Shown here in pieces: positions 1 to 9,204 of a stretch of 64,000 nucleotides of DNA. The position numbers were made by a program, and so were the translations under genes. Numbering within the stretch: the stretch's first letter is position 1; each line of letters starts with the position of its first letter. The stretch comes from Bdellovibrionales bacterium (GTDB lineage Bacteria; Bdellovibrionota; Bdellovibrionia; Bdellovibrionales; UBA1609): contig CBDCMT010000001.1 in assembly GCA_965219095.1 (NCBI GenBank), positions 416,001 to 480,000 of the forward strand, in the 5' to 3' direction. The notes under the pieces were generated by a model. That model did no database searches. It was not told the DNA's origin and saw only the letters and a program-made list of their open reading frames with translations.

Positions 1-315
1 GTATACAAAAGACTTCCATTTTAAACAATCATTTAGTATAGTCTTCAAAAGCATCTCTTCCCTCCTTTTTTTTTTTGAATAACATTTTAAGGCATCTGGG
101 AAGTAGGTGCTTCTTTTTTAAAATTTTAATGTAACACAGCAAATAAAAGCAAATAAAATGAATGTTTTTGAGTTCAATCACCGGAGGTGATAGAGGCCAG
201 TAAAGGCCTCAAAGAACTCAAAAATACAAGATAGGATGTCTTATTACTTTGATTAATATGAGCCTTTTTGGGGGATTTCTAGCTACTTTTCACCCACAGA
301 TTCCCGGGAGGAGCC
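1..315 (-). mobile_element. ISL3-family element, left end and transposase 5' portion (runs off the window)
   Basis: Near-identical to 39518-39836; ends in terminal repeat ...cacagattcccgggaggagcc. Confidence 0.85.
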
Positions 316-389
316 AAATTTTATTTGCAAAAAAAAGAGAACAAAGTATGTTACGTTAAAAATTACTCCACTATTTCAACTCATACCAC

Positions 390-1397
390 TCAGAGTTCTG
401 GAAGCAGAATCTGTCGGTCCACTTTAAAAATAGCTGTCAGTAAAGCCACCCTCACCCACATGCCGTTTCTCTCTTGCCTCCAGTACTTAGCTCTTGGATC
501 AGAATCAACACGAGTGTCTAATTCTTCTTTTCTAGGAAGAGGATGCATGATCACACAAGAGGATTTTAAAAGTTCTAAGTGCTTGTACTTTAAATAATAC
601 TTTCGATAAGAATCATCTTTTTTAGATCTATTAAAAATAGATCTAACTCCATCGTACTCACTTTGAAGCCTTGTCATATAAATCGCATCAGCTTGGGAGA
701 GGACCTCTTCAAATTCTTGTGTTTCTGTAAAAGTTATGTGATGTGAAGTTTTAAGCTTATGTCTTAAATCTTCTTCAATAATAAATTCTTTAGGTGAAGA
801 AAAAATAATATGAACTCCTTCAAAGTTTCTTAAGAGGAGACTTAAAGATCTCACGGTTCTTCCTCGTTTTAAATCTCCTACCATACAAATGGTTTTTCCA
901 TCAATCCCTCCTTGCTCTTTTAAACTCCTCATAAGAGTATAAACATCTAAAAGGGCTTGGCTTGGATGCTCATCGGGACCACTTCCTGCATTGATAAGAG
1001 GAATAGGACGTGATGTTAAGTCTAAGCTTTCAGCCATCTTTTCACAGAAGCCTGCCTTAGAGGTTCTCATAATCAAAACATCTGCATAACTGGAAAAGGT
1101 TCTCACAGCATCTTCCATGGTTTCGCCCTTAAGTTCTGAACTCGTATTAGGGTTACGGATTTCAGAACACTGAATCCCCAAAATCTGACAAGCTGATTGA
1201 AAAGATAAAAAGGTACGTGTAGAGGGTTGAGTAAAATATAAAAGAGCACGTTTTTCACTTAAAAGATTTTTCAGATACAAAAGCTTATCCCTCTGCTTAT
1301 CATAGCGTCGAATTAGATTAGTAAGACGATACAAGTAATCCAAATTCTCACGGTTAAATTGTGCTCCACTTAAAACATGATAAACATCAAAGTTCAT
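390..1397 (-). CDS. pyrB: Aspartate carbamoyltransferase catalytic subunit
   Basis: Motifs PSTRT, KGET, INAGSGPDEHPSQALLD, GDLKRGRTVRSL, MHPLPR. Confidence 0.95.
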   Translation of the reverse strand: MNFDVYHVLSGAQFNRENLDYLYRLTNLIRRYDKQRDKLLYLKNLLSEKRALLYFTQPSTRTFLSFQSACQILGIQCSEIRNPNTSSELKGETMEDAVRTFSSYADVLIMRTSKAGFCEKMAESLDLTSRPIPLINAGSGPDEHPSQALLDVYTLMRSLKEQGGIDGKTICMVGDLKRGRTVRSLSLLLRNFEGVHIIFSSPKEFIIEEDLRHKLKTSHHITFTETQEFEEVLSQADAIYMTRLQSEYDGVRSIFNRSKKDDSYRKYYLKYKHLELLKSSCVIMHPLPRKEELDTRVDSDPRAKYWRQERNGMWVRVALLTAIFKVDRQILLPEL

Positions 1398-1407
1398 AAG
1401 ACTTATG

Positions 1408-1713
1408 TTATAGCTCTTTTAAAAAAAGCTCAAGAACTTTAAATCCCCCTTGAAAATAAAAAACATTCTTATAGCCTTGTTTTTCGAACTCTTCTTGCGT
1501 TCTTAAAGAAAGGTTCCCTTGGGAACATAAAAAGACCATAGGCTTTTGTTTATCTTTTGTAGTTTTTAGACTCTTTAAAGACACATCTTTTTTTACCTTT
1601 AAAAATCTCTTACTCAAAGGGTAAGGAGTTATGGATTCTAGAAAGCACAACTCAAAAGGAATAGAATGCAAGATGAGATTTTCTAGCTGGAAGTAAGAGA
1701 TGGCTTTTATCAA
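1408..1713 (-). CDS. Rhodanese-like domain protein
   Basis: VFLCSQGNLS loop and GYKNVFYFQGG. Confidence 0.6.
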   Translation of the reverse strand: MIKAISYFQLENLILHSIPFELCFLESITPYPLSKRFLKVKKDVSLKSLKTTKDKQKPMVFLCSQGNLSLRTQEEFEKQGYKNVFYFQGGFKVLELFLKEL

Positions 1714-2930
1714 GACTTTCCTCGACTAGGCCATTTTCTAAAATCTTTTAAAAATACCATAAGAGATATCATAGTCAGAAAACTTGAAATAAAAAAAGGT
1801 GTGGAAGAAGCAAAGCTCTCATAAAGGATTCCTCCTAAAAGAGGACCTAAAATACGTCCAATAGAAGCCATACTCTGATTCACTCCTAAAGCCTCTCCTT
1901 GTCTATCCTTTGAAGATAGTATACTGATAGTACCCATAACTGAGGGCATCAACAAACCCGATAAGCCTACAAGAGTCAAAGCTACCACCAAATCAGGAAA
2001 AATTTTTGTAGAAAATCCTAAAAGACCAAAGCTTAAAATACCTAAACTCAATCCTAAAACAATGTTGACTTTCTCTCCAAAGAAAGGAATCAACCACCTT
2101 ACTAAAAAGGCATTTGTAATAATAATGACAAATCCCACATAAGCAAAGCCAAAGCTAGCTGTCACTACATCCAATATAAGCACATCCATAATGAATAGAA
2201 AAAAAGCAACCTCCATACAACTAAAACATGTATGAAATAGACATTGAATCACAAAAAGTTTATTAATTAAAGGTTTGAATAAATAATCATGAATATGATT
2301 TATTCTTTTCAAAAAAGGTTGAAAGTTAAGTGAAAATTTTTTATTTTTTTTCGGACTCTTATAAGTCTCTGTTAAAGTAAAATAACCTATAAGAAAACTA
2401 ACAAAACTGAGACTTGCGGATACAAGTGCCGGAAGAGAAAAGCTACTATTAGGTAAAAATGTTAGCTTTGCTCCTAAATCAACCAAAACCCCTCCTAAAA
2501 AGGGCCCTAAAAAAAATCCTAAGCCAATAGCAGCACCAATGATTCCCATGTTTTTTGAACGTTCTTTTTCTTTTGTAAGATCAGCGATCATAGCCTGCAC
2601 TGTGGAAACATTAGCTCCAAAAAAACCATTCAAACTACGAGCAATAAAAAGCACAACAATATGAAAGGAAAAGGCAAATAAAAGATGACTAAAGCAAGTC
2701 CCTAAAAGAGTGATAAGCAGAACAGGACGTCTTCCTATAAAATCGCTTAAAGAACCCCAAAAGGGGGAAAAAAGAAACTGAACGAGAGAAAAAGAAGACA
2801 TAAGACAGCCTAAAACAAAAGAAGAGCTTCCAAAGTGTTTCGCCAAGTAAGGTAAAATAGGTATTAAAATACCAAAACCAATAAAATCGACCACTAGAAT
2901 CAAAAAAGCCATAAAGAGATTTTTTTTCAT
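1710..2930 (-). CDS. MFS transporter, TetA/DHA1-like
   Basis: About 12 hydrophobic segments, motif A GSLSDFIGRRPVLL, GFFLGPFLGG. Confidence 0.9.
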   Translation of the reverse strand: MKKNLFMAFLILVVDFIGFGILIPILPYLAKHFGSSSFVLGCLMSSFSLVQFLFSPFWGSLSDFIGRRPVLLITLLGTCFSHLLFAFSFHIVVLFIARSLNGFFGANVSTVQAMIADLTKEKERSKNMGIIGAAIGLGFFLGPFLGGVLVDLGAKLTFLPNSSFSLPALVSASLSFVSFLIGYFTLTETYKSPKKNKKFSLNFQPFLKRINHIHDYLFKPLINKLFVIQCLFHTCFSCMEVAFFLFIMDVLILDVVTASFGFAYVGFVIIITNAFLVRWLIPFFGEKVNIVLGLSLGILSFGLLGFSTKIFPDLVVALTLVGLSGLLMPSVMGTISILSSKDRQGEALGVNQSMASIGRILGPLLGGILYESFASSTPFFISSFLTMISLMVFLKDFRKWPSRGKS

Positions 2931-3518
2931 TTAAACTATATCCCCGCCTTTTAAAACTGCCACCACTGATTTAGAAATACTCTTAAGAGTTTCAAAAACA
3001 CCAATTTGTTTGATAGTGATTGCTTCAAAGTCAGGCTTATTCCAGTGATTTAGTTCCGTTCTTAATTCAGCTACAGATAAAATAGGACTTAAATCCCTTT
3101 TATTATACTGAAATACCATAGGTATTTTAGAAAAGTATTGTTCATAACTTTCTAAAACATGCTTTAAATCTTCTAAGGCTTGTAAGTTCTCCTTTAATCT
3201 TTCCTCTTGAGAATCAGCTACAAATACAATACCGTCAACACCTCTAAGGACAATTCTACGAGTTGTTTGTAAAGCTATCTGTCCAGGCACTGTGTAAAGG
3301 TGAAATCGTGTCTTAAATCCACGAATTTCACCTACATCAATAGGTAAACAGTCAAAAAAAAAAGTTCTTTCTTCATTACCTGCTAAACTAAGAAGCTTAG
3401 AGGAGTGATTGAATTTATTATAGACACATTTAATGTTGCTTGTTTTTCCTCCTAAAGAAGGGCCACAATAAACAATTTTACAATGAATTTCTTTAGTATT
3501 AATGTTAACAAAAGACAT
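2931..3518 (-). CDS. mglA: MglA small Ras-like GTPase
   Basis: KEIHCKIVYCGPSLGGKT, ERTFFFD, HLYTVPGQ, DGIVFVADSQ, QYNKRDL; downstream of recR. Confidence 0.92.
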   Translation of the reverse strand: MSFVNINTKEIHCKIVYCGPSLGGKTSNIKCVYNKFNHSSKLLSLAGNEERTFFFDCLPIDVGEIRGFKTRFHLYTVPGQIALQTTRRIVLRGVDGIVFVADSQEERLKENLQALEDLKHVLESYEQYFSKIPMVFQYNKRDLSPILSVAELRTELNHWNKPDFEAITIKQIGVFETLKSISKSVVAVLKGGDIV

Positions 3519-4123
3519 TATACTTCCACCCGGTATTCAAGAGCTCTCCCTAAAGTGCGATAATCAATATAATCAATATCCCCTCCAAAAGGAACCCCAT
3601 GAGCAATGCGAGTCACTTTTACATCTTGATTTTCAAAAAGTTTTGATATGTACAAAACTGTAGTATCTCCCTCTAAATCTGCATCTAGAGCTAAAATAAT
3701 TTCTTTTGCTTTACACACCTCCACCCTTTTGACAAGCTCTCTCATCCTAAGATCACTAGGTTTAACTCCCTCTAAAGGAGCGATCGTACCATGCAGTACA
3801 TGGTACTGACCTTTAAACCTATGAGACGATTCAATAGCCAAAATGTCAAAAGGATCTTCTACAACACAAAAAACATCAGACTGACGAGAGCTATCAGAAC
3901 AAAGAAGACATTTGTCTTTTTCTTCAGTATAGCTAAAGCACTCAGGACATTTCTTGATTCTCTGTCTAGCTTCTTTTAGAGCTTCTCTTAACTCTTCGAC
4001 TTCAAGCCCATCTGTTTTCAAAAGATGATAAGCAAGCCGTGTGGCTGTTTTTGCTCCTACGCTAGGAAGCTTATTTAACTCAAAGGTGAGTTTCTCAAAA
4101 GAAGGAAGATTTTTTAGAATCAT
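3518..4123 (-). CDS. recR: Recombination mediator RecR
   Basis: HhH LPSVGAKTA, C4 zinc finger, TOPRIM YHVLHG and EGDTT. Confidence 0.97.
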   Translation of the reverse strand: MILKNLPSFEKLTFELNKLPSVGAKTATRLAYHLLKTDGLEVEELREALKEARQRIKKCPECFSYTEEKDKCLLCSDSSRQSDVFCVVEDPFDILAIESSHRFKGQYHVLHGTIAPLEGVKPSDLRMRELVKRVEVCKAKEIILALDADLEGDTTVLYISKLFENQDVKVTRIAHGVPFGGDIDYIDYRTLGRALEYRVEV

Positions 4124-4432
4124 TTACAAACTCAAACCACCAGTCAAACGAGACATTTCTTTTTCATTAGTTTCCGAAGCTGTTTTCATAGCTTCATTGA
4201 CTGCTGTTAAAACCATGTCCTCTAAAATTTCAGGATCTTTTTCTTCTAAAACCTCTGGTTTAATTTTAATTTCAGAGATTTGATAAGATCCGTTTACTTT
4301 AACACCCACAGCCCCGCCCCCTGAACTAGCTTCATACTCTCTTGTTTTCAACTCTTCTTTTGTTTTTTTCATACGTGCTTGTATTTGGCTAGCTTGTTTC
4401 ATTAATTGTTGCATACCACCTGGTATTTTCAT
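4124..4432 (-). CDS. ybaB: YbaB/EbfC nucleoid-associated protein
   Basis: ASSGGGAV, DPEILEDMVLTAVNEA; lies between dnaX and recR. Confidence 0.95.
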   Translation of the reverse strand: MKIPGGMQQLMKQASQIQARMKKTKEELKTREYEASSGGGAVGVKVNGSYQISEIKIKPEVLEEKDPEILEDMVLTAVNEAMKTASETNEKEMSRLTGGLSL

Positions 4433-4445
4433 ATTACACTCCTTT

Positions 4446-6041
4446 TTATTCCTTTGATAGAATGATAGATTGAATTTTATTTTTAAATACTTTCTTTGTC
4501 ATTTCAATAATTTCATGGTTTTCAACTTCTTTTTTTATATCCTCTCTTTTTTGGTTTTCCTCTCTCTCCTCTTCATCCTTTAAACTCATAAAAAAAGAAG
4601 TTGGACCTCCATCATTACGAATCTTAAAGGTGACTTGATAACCTGCTTCCCAAAAAGTGTTTAAATAATTAGTAAGCTTAGGTTTAACATCCCTGTTCAT
4701 GCCATCATACATAAACTTCATTGTTTGAGGAACCTCCAAAATAAGAGATTTATTCTTGTTTTCTAAAACAACAAGATGCTTTAATTGAGCAGCTATCATA
4801 GGATCAGATTTTCTAACTTTTTCAATCAAATCCCTCCATTCACAAGAAGAACTCTCTTCAGAAGGATTGACGTTTTGAGAAGAATTTTTCTGGGAGGAGT
4901 TTTTCTGAGAAGAAGGCTGAGAGAAGTTTTCAACCTTCTTCTTCCCTAACATCGTAGCCTTAAGGAGTAAAACCTCTAAAGCTAAAAAAGGGGTTGAAGT
5001 GAAACGTAAAATCCTCTCACCTTCTAAAAACAAATCAAAAAGTTTATAAAGACTAGACACATCTGCATCCTGAGAAAGCCTTTGAAGATGAGCTTGTTCT
5101 ACTTGAGACACTTCCATAAGACGAGACTGAACACCCCAAAACTTCACGATCAGTAAATTTCTTAAAATTTGTAAAATGTTTTTTAAAAGACGATGGGGAT
5201 CTTCAGAAGAGGTTTTAAAAATTTCCATAACACTTAACACGCTTTTCGTATCTCCTTTTAAAAAAGCCTTTACGAGTTGTAGTATGTTCTTTCTCGATGT
5301 AAGACCTAAAAGATCATAAAGTGTTTCACTTGTAATATGGTGATCTGAAAACGTAATGGCCTGCTCTAAGAGAGTTTCACTATCCCTTACACAACCCTCT
5401 CCTTCATAAGCTATAAGCCATAAAGCTTCTTCATCTATTTTTACTTTTTCTTTTTGACAAATACTTTCTAAACGTTTCACAAGTAAAGTTGATGGAATCC
5501 GTTTAAAACGAAACTTCTGACAACGAGACAAAATGGTATTAGGAATCTTGTGAGCCTCTGTAGTAGCTAAAATAAACACAACATGCCTAGGGGGCTCCTC
5601 TAAGGTTTTCAAAAGAGCATTAAAAGCACTGGTAGATAGCATATGAACTTCATCAATAATATAGATTTTATAAAAGCCACTACAAGGGCTGTAATCCACA
5701 GAATTTTTAAGCTCACGAATGGAATCCACTCCATTGTTGCTAGCTCCATCAATCTCAATTACATGAAGATTTTGGCCTTCCAAAATAGCTAAACATTCAG
5801 AACATTTATCGCAAGAAATATGATTTTTTTTATTTTCACATCTAAGTATTTTCGCCAAAATTCTAGCTGTAGAAGTCTTCCCTGTCCCTCGAGGTCCTGT
5901 AAATAAAAGTACTTGAGGCACTCTGTTCATAGAAAAACTGTTCATCAAAGTTTGACAAACTGTTCCCTGCCCTATCAACTCAGAAAAGCTCTTAGGTCTC
6001 CATTTTCTAGCTATAACTTGATGCTTATGAAGCAAAATCAA
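4446..6041 (-). CDS. dnaX: DNA polymerase III subunit gamma/tau
   Basis: ARKWRP, GPRGTGKTS, IIDEVHML, TILSRCQ. Confidence 0.97.
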   Translation of the reverse strand: MILLHKHQVIARKWRPKSFSELIGQGTVCQTLMNSFSMNRVPQVLLFTGPRGTGKTSTARILAKILRCENKKNHISCDKCSECLAILEGQNLHVIEIDGASNNGVDSIRELKNSVDYSPCSGFYKIYIIDEVHMLSTSAFNALLKTLEEPPRHVVFILATTEAHKIPNTILSRCQKFRFKRIPSTLLVKRLESICQKEKVKIDEEALWLIAYEGEGCVRDSETLLEQAITFSDHHITSETLYDLLGLTSRKNILQLVKAFLKGDTKSVLSVMEIFKTSSEDPHRLLKNILQILRNLLIVKFWGVQSRLMEVSQVEQAHLQRLSQDADVSSLYKLFDLFLEGERILRFTSTPFLALEVLLLKATMLGKKKVENFSQPSSQKNSSQKNSSQNVNPSEESSSCEWRDLIEKVRKSDPMIAAQLKHLVVLENKNKSLILEVPQTMKFMYDGMNRDVKPKLTNYLNTFWEAGYQVTFKIRNDGGPTSFFMSLKDEEEREENQKREDIKKEVENHEIIEMTKKVFKNKIQSIILSKE

Positions 6042-6057
6042 CTCCTTTTACAAATGT

Positions 6058-6149
6058 GATGGGCACCCTATATCACATAATCCCCTCACTGCCCTTGCTA
6101 TCTTCCGATCCTGGGGGATTTGCAAGGTTTTTATTGTATAGGACCCATC
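6058..6149 (-). ncRNA. ffs: Small SRP RNA (4.5S)
   Basis: Minus strand forms a long hairpin (gatggg...cccatc) with a domain-IV-like core CAGGATCGGAAGATAGCA; canonical position upstream of dnaX. Confidence 0.85.
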
Positions 6150-6335
6150 GACTTAACAGTATACTTATAAGTGTATGAAAATTCAACACTAAAGCGAAAA
6201 GACAAAAAACAATCTTTAAATTTTAAAGGAAATTTAACACATAACAACATAAAAGTTTAAATGATACACTGCTTTTAAAATAAGATGGATTTGCTACCGA
6301 TCTTCTTTATAAGCTACTATAAAAAAGAAGCTATA

Positions 6336-6404
6336 TAGTGAATACGCTTAAATTTTCCGGTCGATTCTCTAGAGAAAAAACTGAAAACCTAAACGGAAGC
6401 ACTA
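6336..6404. mobile_element. 69-bp IS630-derived MITE
   Basis: tagtg...cacta termini flanked by TA; second copy inverted at 12082-12151. Confidence 0.8.
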
Positions 6405-6418
6405 TATAAGGGGGAGTT

Positions 6419-7210
6419 TTGAAATTAAAACAACAATTAGAACTTTTTAAACCCCAGTCAGAACACCTTTGGTTTTTATCAAGACCTGTACGCCTAAAAC
6501 GAAAAGGGTTTTGTCGTAACTGGTCTGTCTCTATCTCACCTGAACAAGACATTATTGTCCAAGTGGGAAAAACCACATCCTCCCATGCCATCTCCTTATT
6601 TCTTGAGAAAATGAGACCATGGATTGAAAAAACCATTAAAAACCTTGAAAAAATCAAAAAACTCTATCCTCCTCATCAATTTATAGAGGGAGAGAAGTTT
6701 TTGCTAAAAGGAAAAGAGTTGGTTTTAACTTATGAAAAATCCTCCCAAAAAAGAATCTATGTCAATTACGATGAACGTTTTTTAAATGTAAAAACACCTT
6801 CATCCTGGATGATCGACGAATTGTCCTATCCTCAAAAAGAAGAGGTTCAAAAGCACATCATCTTATTTTACAAAAAGCAAGGTTTTGAGGTTCTTAAAAA
6901 AAGAATCATTTATTGGTCTAAAAAAACAGGACTTTATCCTAAGAGAGTGACCCTTAGAGGACAGAAAACTTTATGGGGAAGCTGTTCCGATGACAAAAAA
7001 ATCAGTTTAAACTGGAAGTTAATTGCTTTTCATTTAAAATTTATTGATTACGTGATAGTCCATGAATTATGTCACATTAAGGAAATGTCCCATTCTCAAA
7101 AATTTTGGAATCTTGTAGAACAATACATTCCCTACTACGAAGAGATGAAAAGAGACTTTAAAGATGCTGTCTATAGAGTGGATTTTTTAAATAAAGATTT
7201 AAGAGCTTAA
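6419..7210 (+). CDS. YgjP/M48-like zinc metallohydrolase
   Basis: WGSCS, ISLNWKL, DYVIVHELCH, HSQKFW. Confidence 0.9.
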   Translation: MKLKQQLELFKPQSEHLWFLSRPVRLKRKGFCRNWSVSISPEQDIIVQVGKTTSSHAISLFLEKMRPWIEKTIKNLEKIKKLYPPHQFIEGEKFLLKGKELVLTYEKSSQKRIYVNYDERFLNVKTPSSWMIDELSYPQKEEVQKHIILFYKKQGFEVLKKRIIYWSKKTGLYPKRVTLRGQKTLWGSCSDDKKISLNWKLIAFHLKFIDYVIVHELCHIKEMSHSQKFWNLVEQYIPYYEEMKRDFKDAVYRVDFLNKDLRA

Positions 7211-7241
7211 CTCAAAAAATCTCTCCAAAGAAAATAAAATC

Positions 7242-9204
7242 ATGAAGCAAATGATCTCAATTTTTTGTAACTGCTCACCTACATTGTTCAGTTATCCCTA
7301 ACTTTAGACCTGTTTTAAGATAAAAGTCTTGCTCTTACAGATTTTCTTTTAAATACTTTTTTCAAATGACAATAAATAAGACCTCCATCAGAAATGAGAT
7401 TAAAAATATAAGAAGTGACTTTGATAAGTTTGCAAAGAAAGGTTCTGTGCCTACTGAGATTTCTGTGATTGTTGAATCTCTCTTTAAGGTTGTGAACATT
7501 CTGATTGTTGTGTTTTTAGAAAAACAGGTTCGAAAAAATTCCAGCAACAGCGGTCTTCCTCCTTCGCAAGATTTTAGTCGTCAAGGGAATCGTAATAAGA
7601 AAGCTAGTGGGAGTCAGAAAAAGGGCTCTAGACTTGATAACAGTAAAGATACAAACAGTGAGGAGACTGTCTCTCCCTCAGAGTGTTCTCAGTGTGGGAT
7701 GTGTTTAAAGACAGCAGAGGTAAAAAGCCTTGAGAAGCGTAAAAAGATTGATATTTTTTATGAAATTCAGACCCATACTGTAACTTCTGAAGTTAAGGAT
7801 TGTCCCTCATGTGGAGCTAGAAATAAAGGTCAATTCCCTAAAGGTATGAGTGGTCCTCTTCAGTATGGTATAGGCATTAGAGCTTCCATCATCAATTTCA
7901 TTATAGTTCAGATGCTGTCTTTTCAACGTGTTGGGGAACATTACATGGGGCTTATAGGTCGAATGATTTCTCCTGCAGTTATGTTGAGATACATTGCTGA
8001 ATTAGGAGAGTTTCTTAAAAGTTGGGAAGAGCAGATGAAAGAAAAGATACTTGAATCAGAGGTCATTCATGTTGATGAGACCTCTATGAGGGTTAAGGGT
8101 AAAAACTACTGGATTCATACTTATAGTTCAGGAGAATTAGTCTTGCAGTTTCTCCACCTTTCAGGTGGAAGGGAAGCCATAAAAGATATTGGTCTCTTGG
8201 ATAGATATGGAGGAGTGCTTGTGCATGATTGTTGGAGTCCTTACTTTTGTTATGATAAGATAACTCATGCTTTGTGTGTGGCTCACCTTTTGAGAGAGCT
8301 TAAATTTATAGAAGAAAGCAATGGATTCAAATGGGCTACAAATCTCAAAAAACTTCTTAAAGAGACTGTGGAGCTAGTTCATAAAAAAGAGTCAAGAGTT
8401 CTGACTCAAAAAGAGTACGAAACTCTTCAGAGAAGGTATAGGAGTATTCTTACAAAAGGCTTAAAAGAGCTTCCAGAATTTCCTAAGAAAAATGGCAAGA
8501 AAGGACGAATAAAGCATACACAAGCTCAAAACCTTTGGCTGCGATTTAAAAAGTATGAAGCAGAAATACTGTGCTTTGCTAAAAGAAAGAACGTAGATCC
8601 TACTAATAACAGAGCTGAAAGAGATCTAAGAATGACTAAAGTGAAAAAGAAAGTGTCAGGGTGTTTCAGAACAGAAGAAATGGCGAAATATTTTTGTCGC
8701 ATTACCAGCTATGTTAAAACAATGAGAAATAGAGGGTATTCTTCTTTAGAAGCCATCTCTATGGCTTTAAATAAAAATTTACGAGAGTGAGCAGTTACAA
8801 TTTTTTTAACTCAAACCGTTGATCTTGTATGGGGTCTTCCTCTTGTAAGCTTACTTCTTTTGGGTGGCTTTTATCTTATGCTGGTATCTAGAGGACGACC
8901 TTTATTGCAACTTTTTCATGCTTTTCAGATCACTTTAGGAAAAAAACATGTAGGTTCTCTAAAAGCAGAGGGACAGATCACCCATTTTAAGGCTCTCTCT
9001 AATGCTCTATCTGCCACCATTGGCATGGGAAACATTGCTGGTGTAGAGCTATAGCTATTAAATTAGGAGGACCGGAAGCTGTTTTTTGGATGTGGATTAT
9101 GGCTTTTTTAGGAATGAACACAAAGTTTTTTGAATGCACTCTTGCAGTTTTACACAGAGCAAAAGACTACAAACATGAAATCCAAGGTGGACCTATGTAT
9201 TATA
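7242..9204 (+). pseudogene. Sodium:alanine/glycine symporter (AgcS/AlsT family); split by IS66, frameshifted, and truncated by IS630
   Basis: MKQMISIF at 7242 continues after IS66 as LTQTVDLVWG...ATIGMGNIAGV; frameshift; then GGPEAVFWMW...GGPMYY up to the IS630 end. Confidence 0.85.
7267..8798 (+). mobile_element. Single-ORF IS66-family element (ISBst12-like), intact; transposase at 7366-8790
   Basis: gtaactgctcac terminal inverted repeats, 8-bp target duplication aatttttt; NSSNSGLPPS, zinc finger, HVDET, PTNNRAERDLR. Confidence 0.92.

Noticed and set aside
325..597. Short antisense or overlapping ORFs in the track (325, 3791, 4041, 6331, 7362, 26323, 45253, 56076 and similar)
   Set aside because: They are shadows of well-supported genes or IS sequence and carry no motifs.
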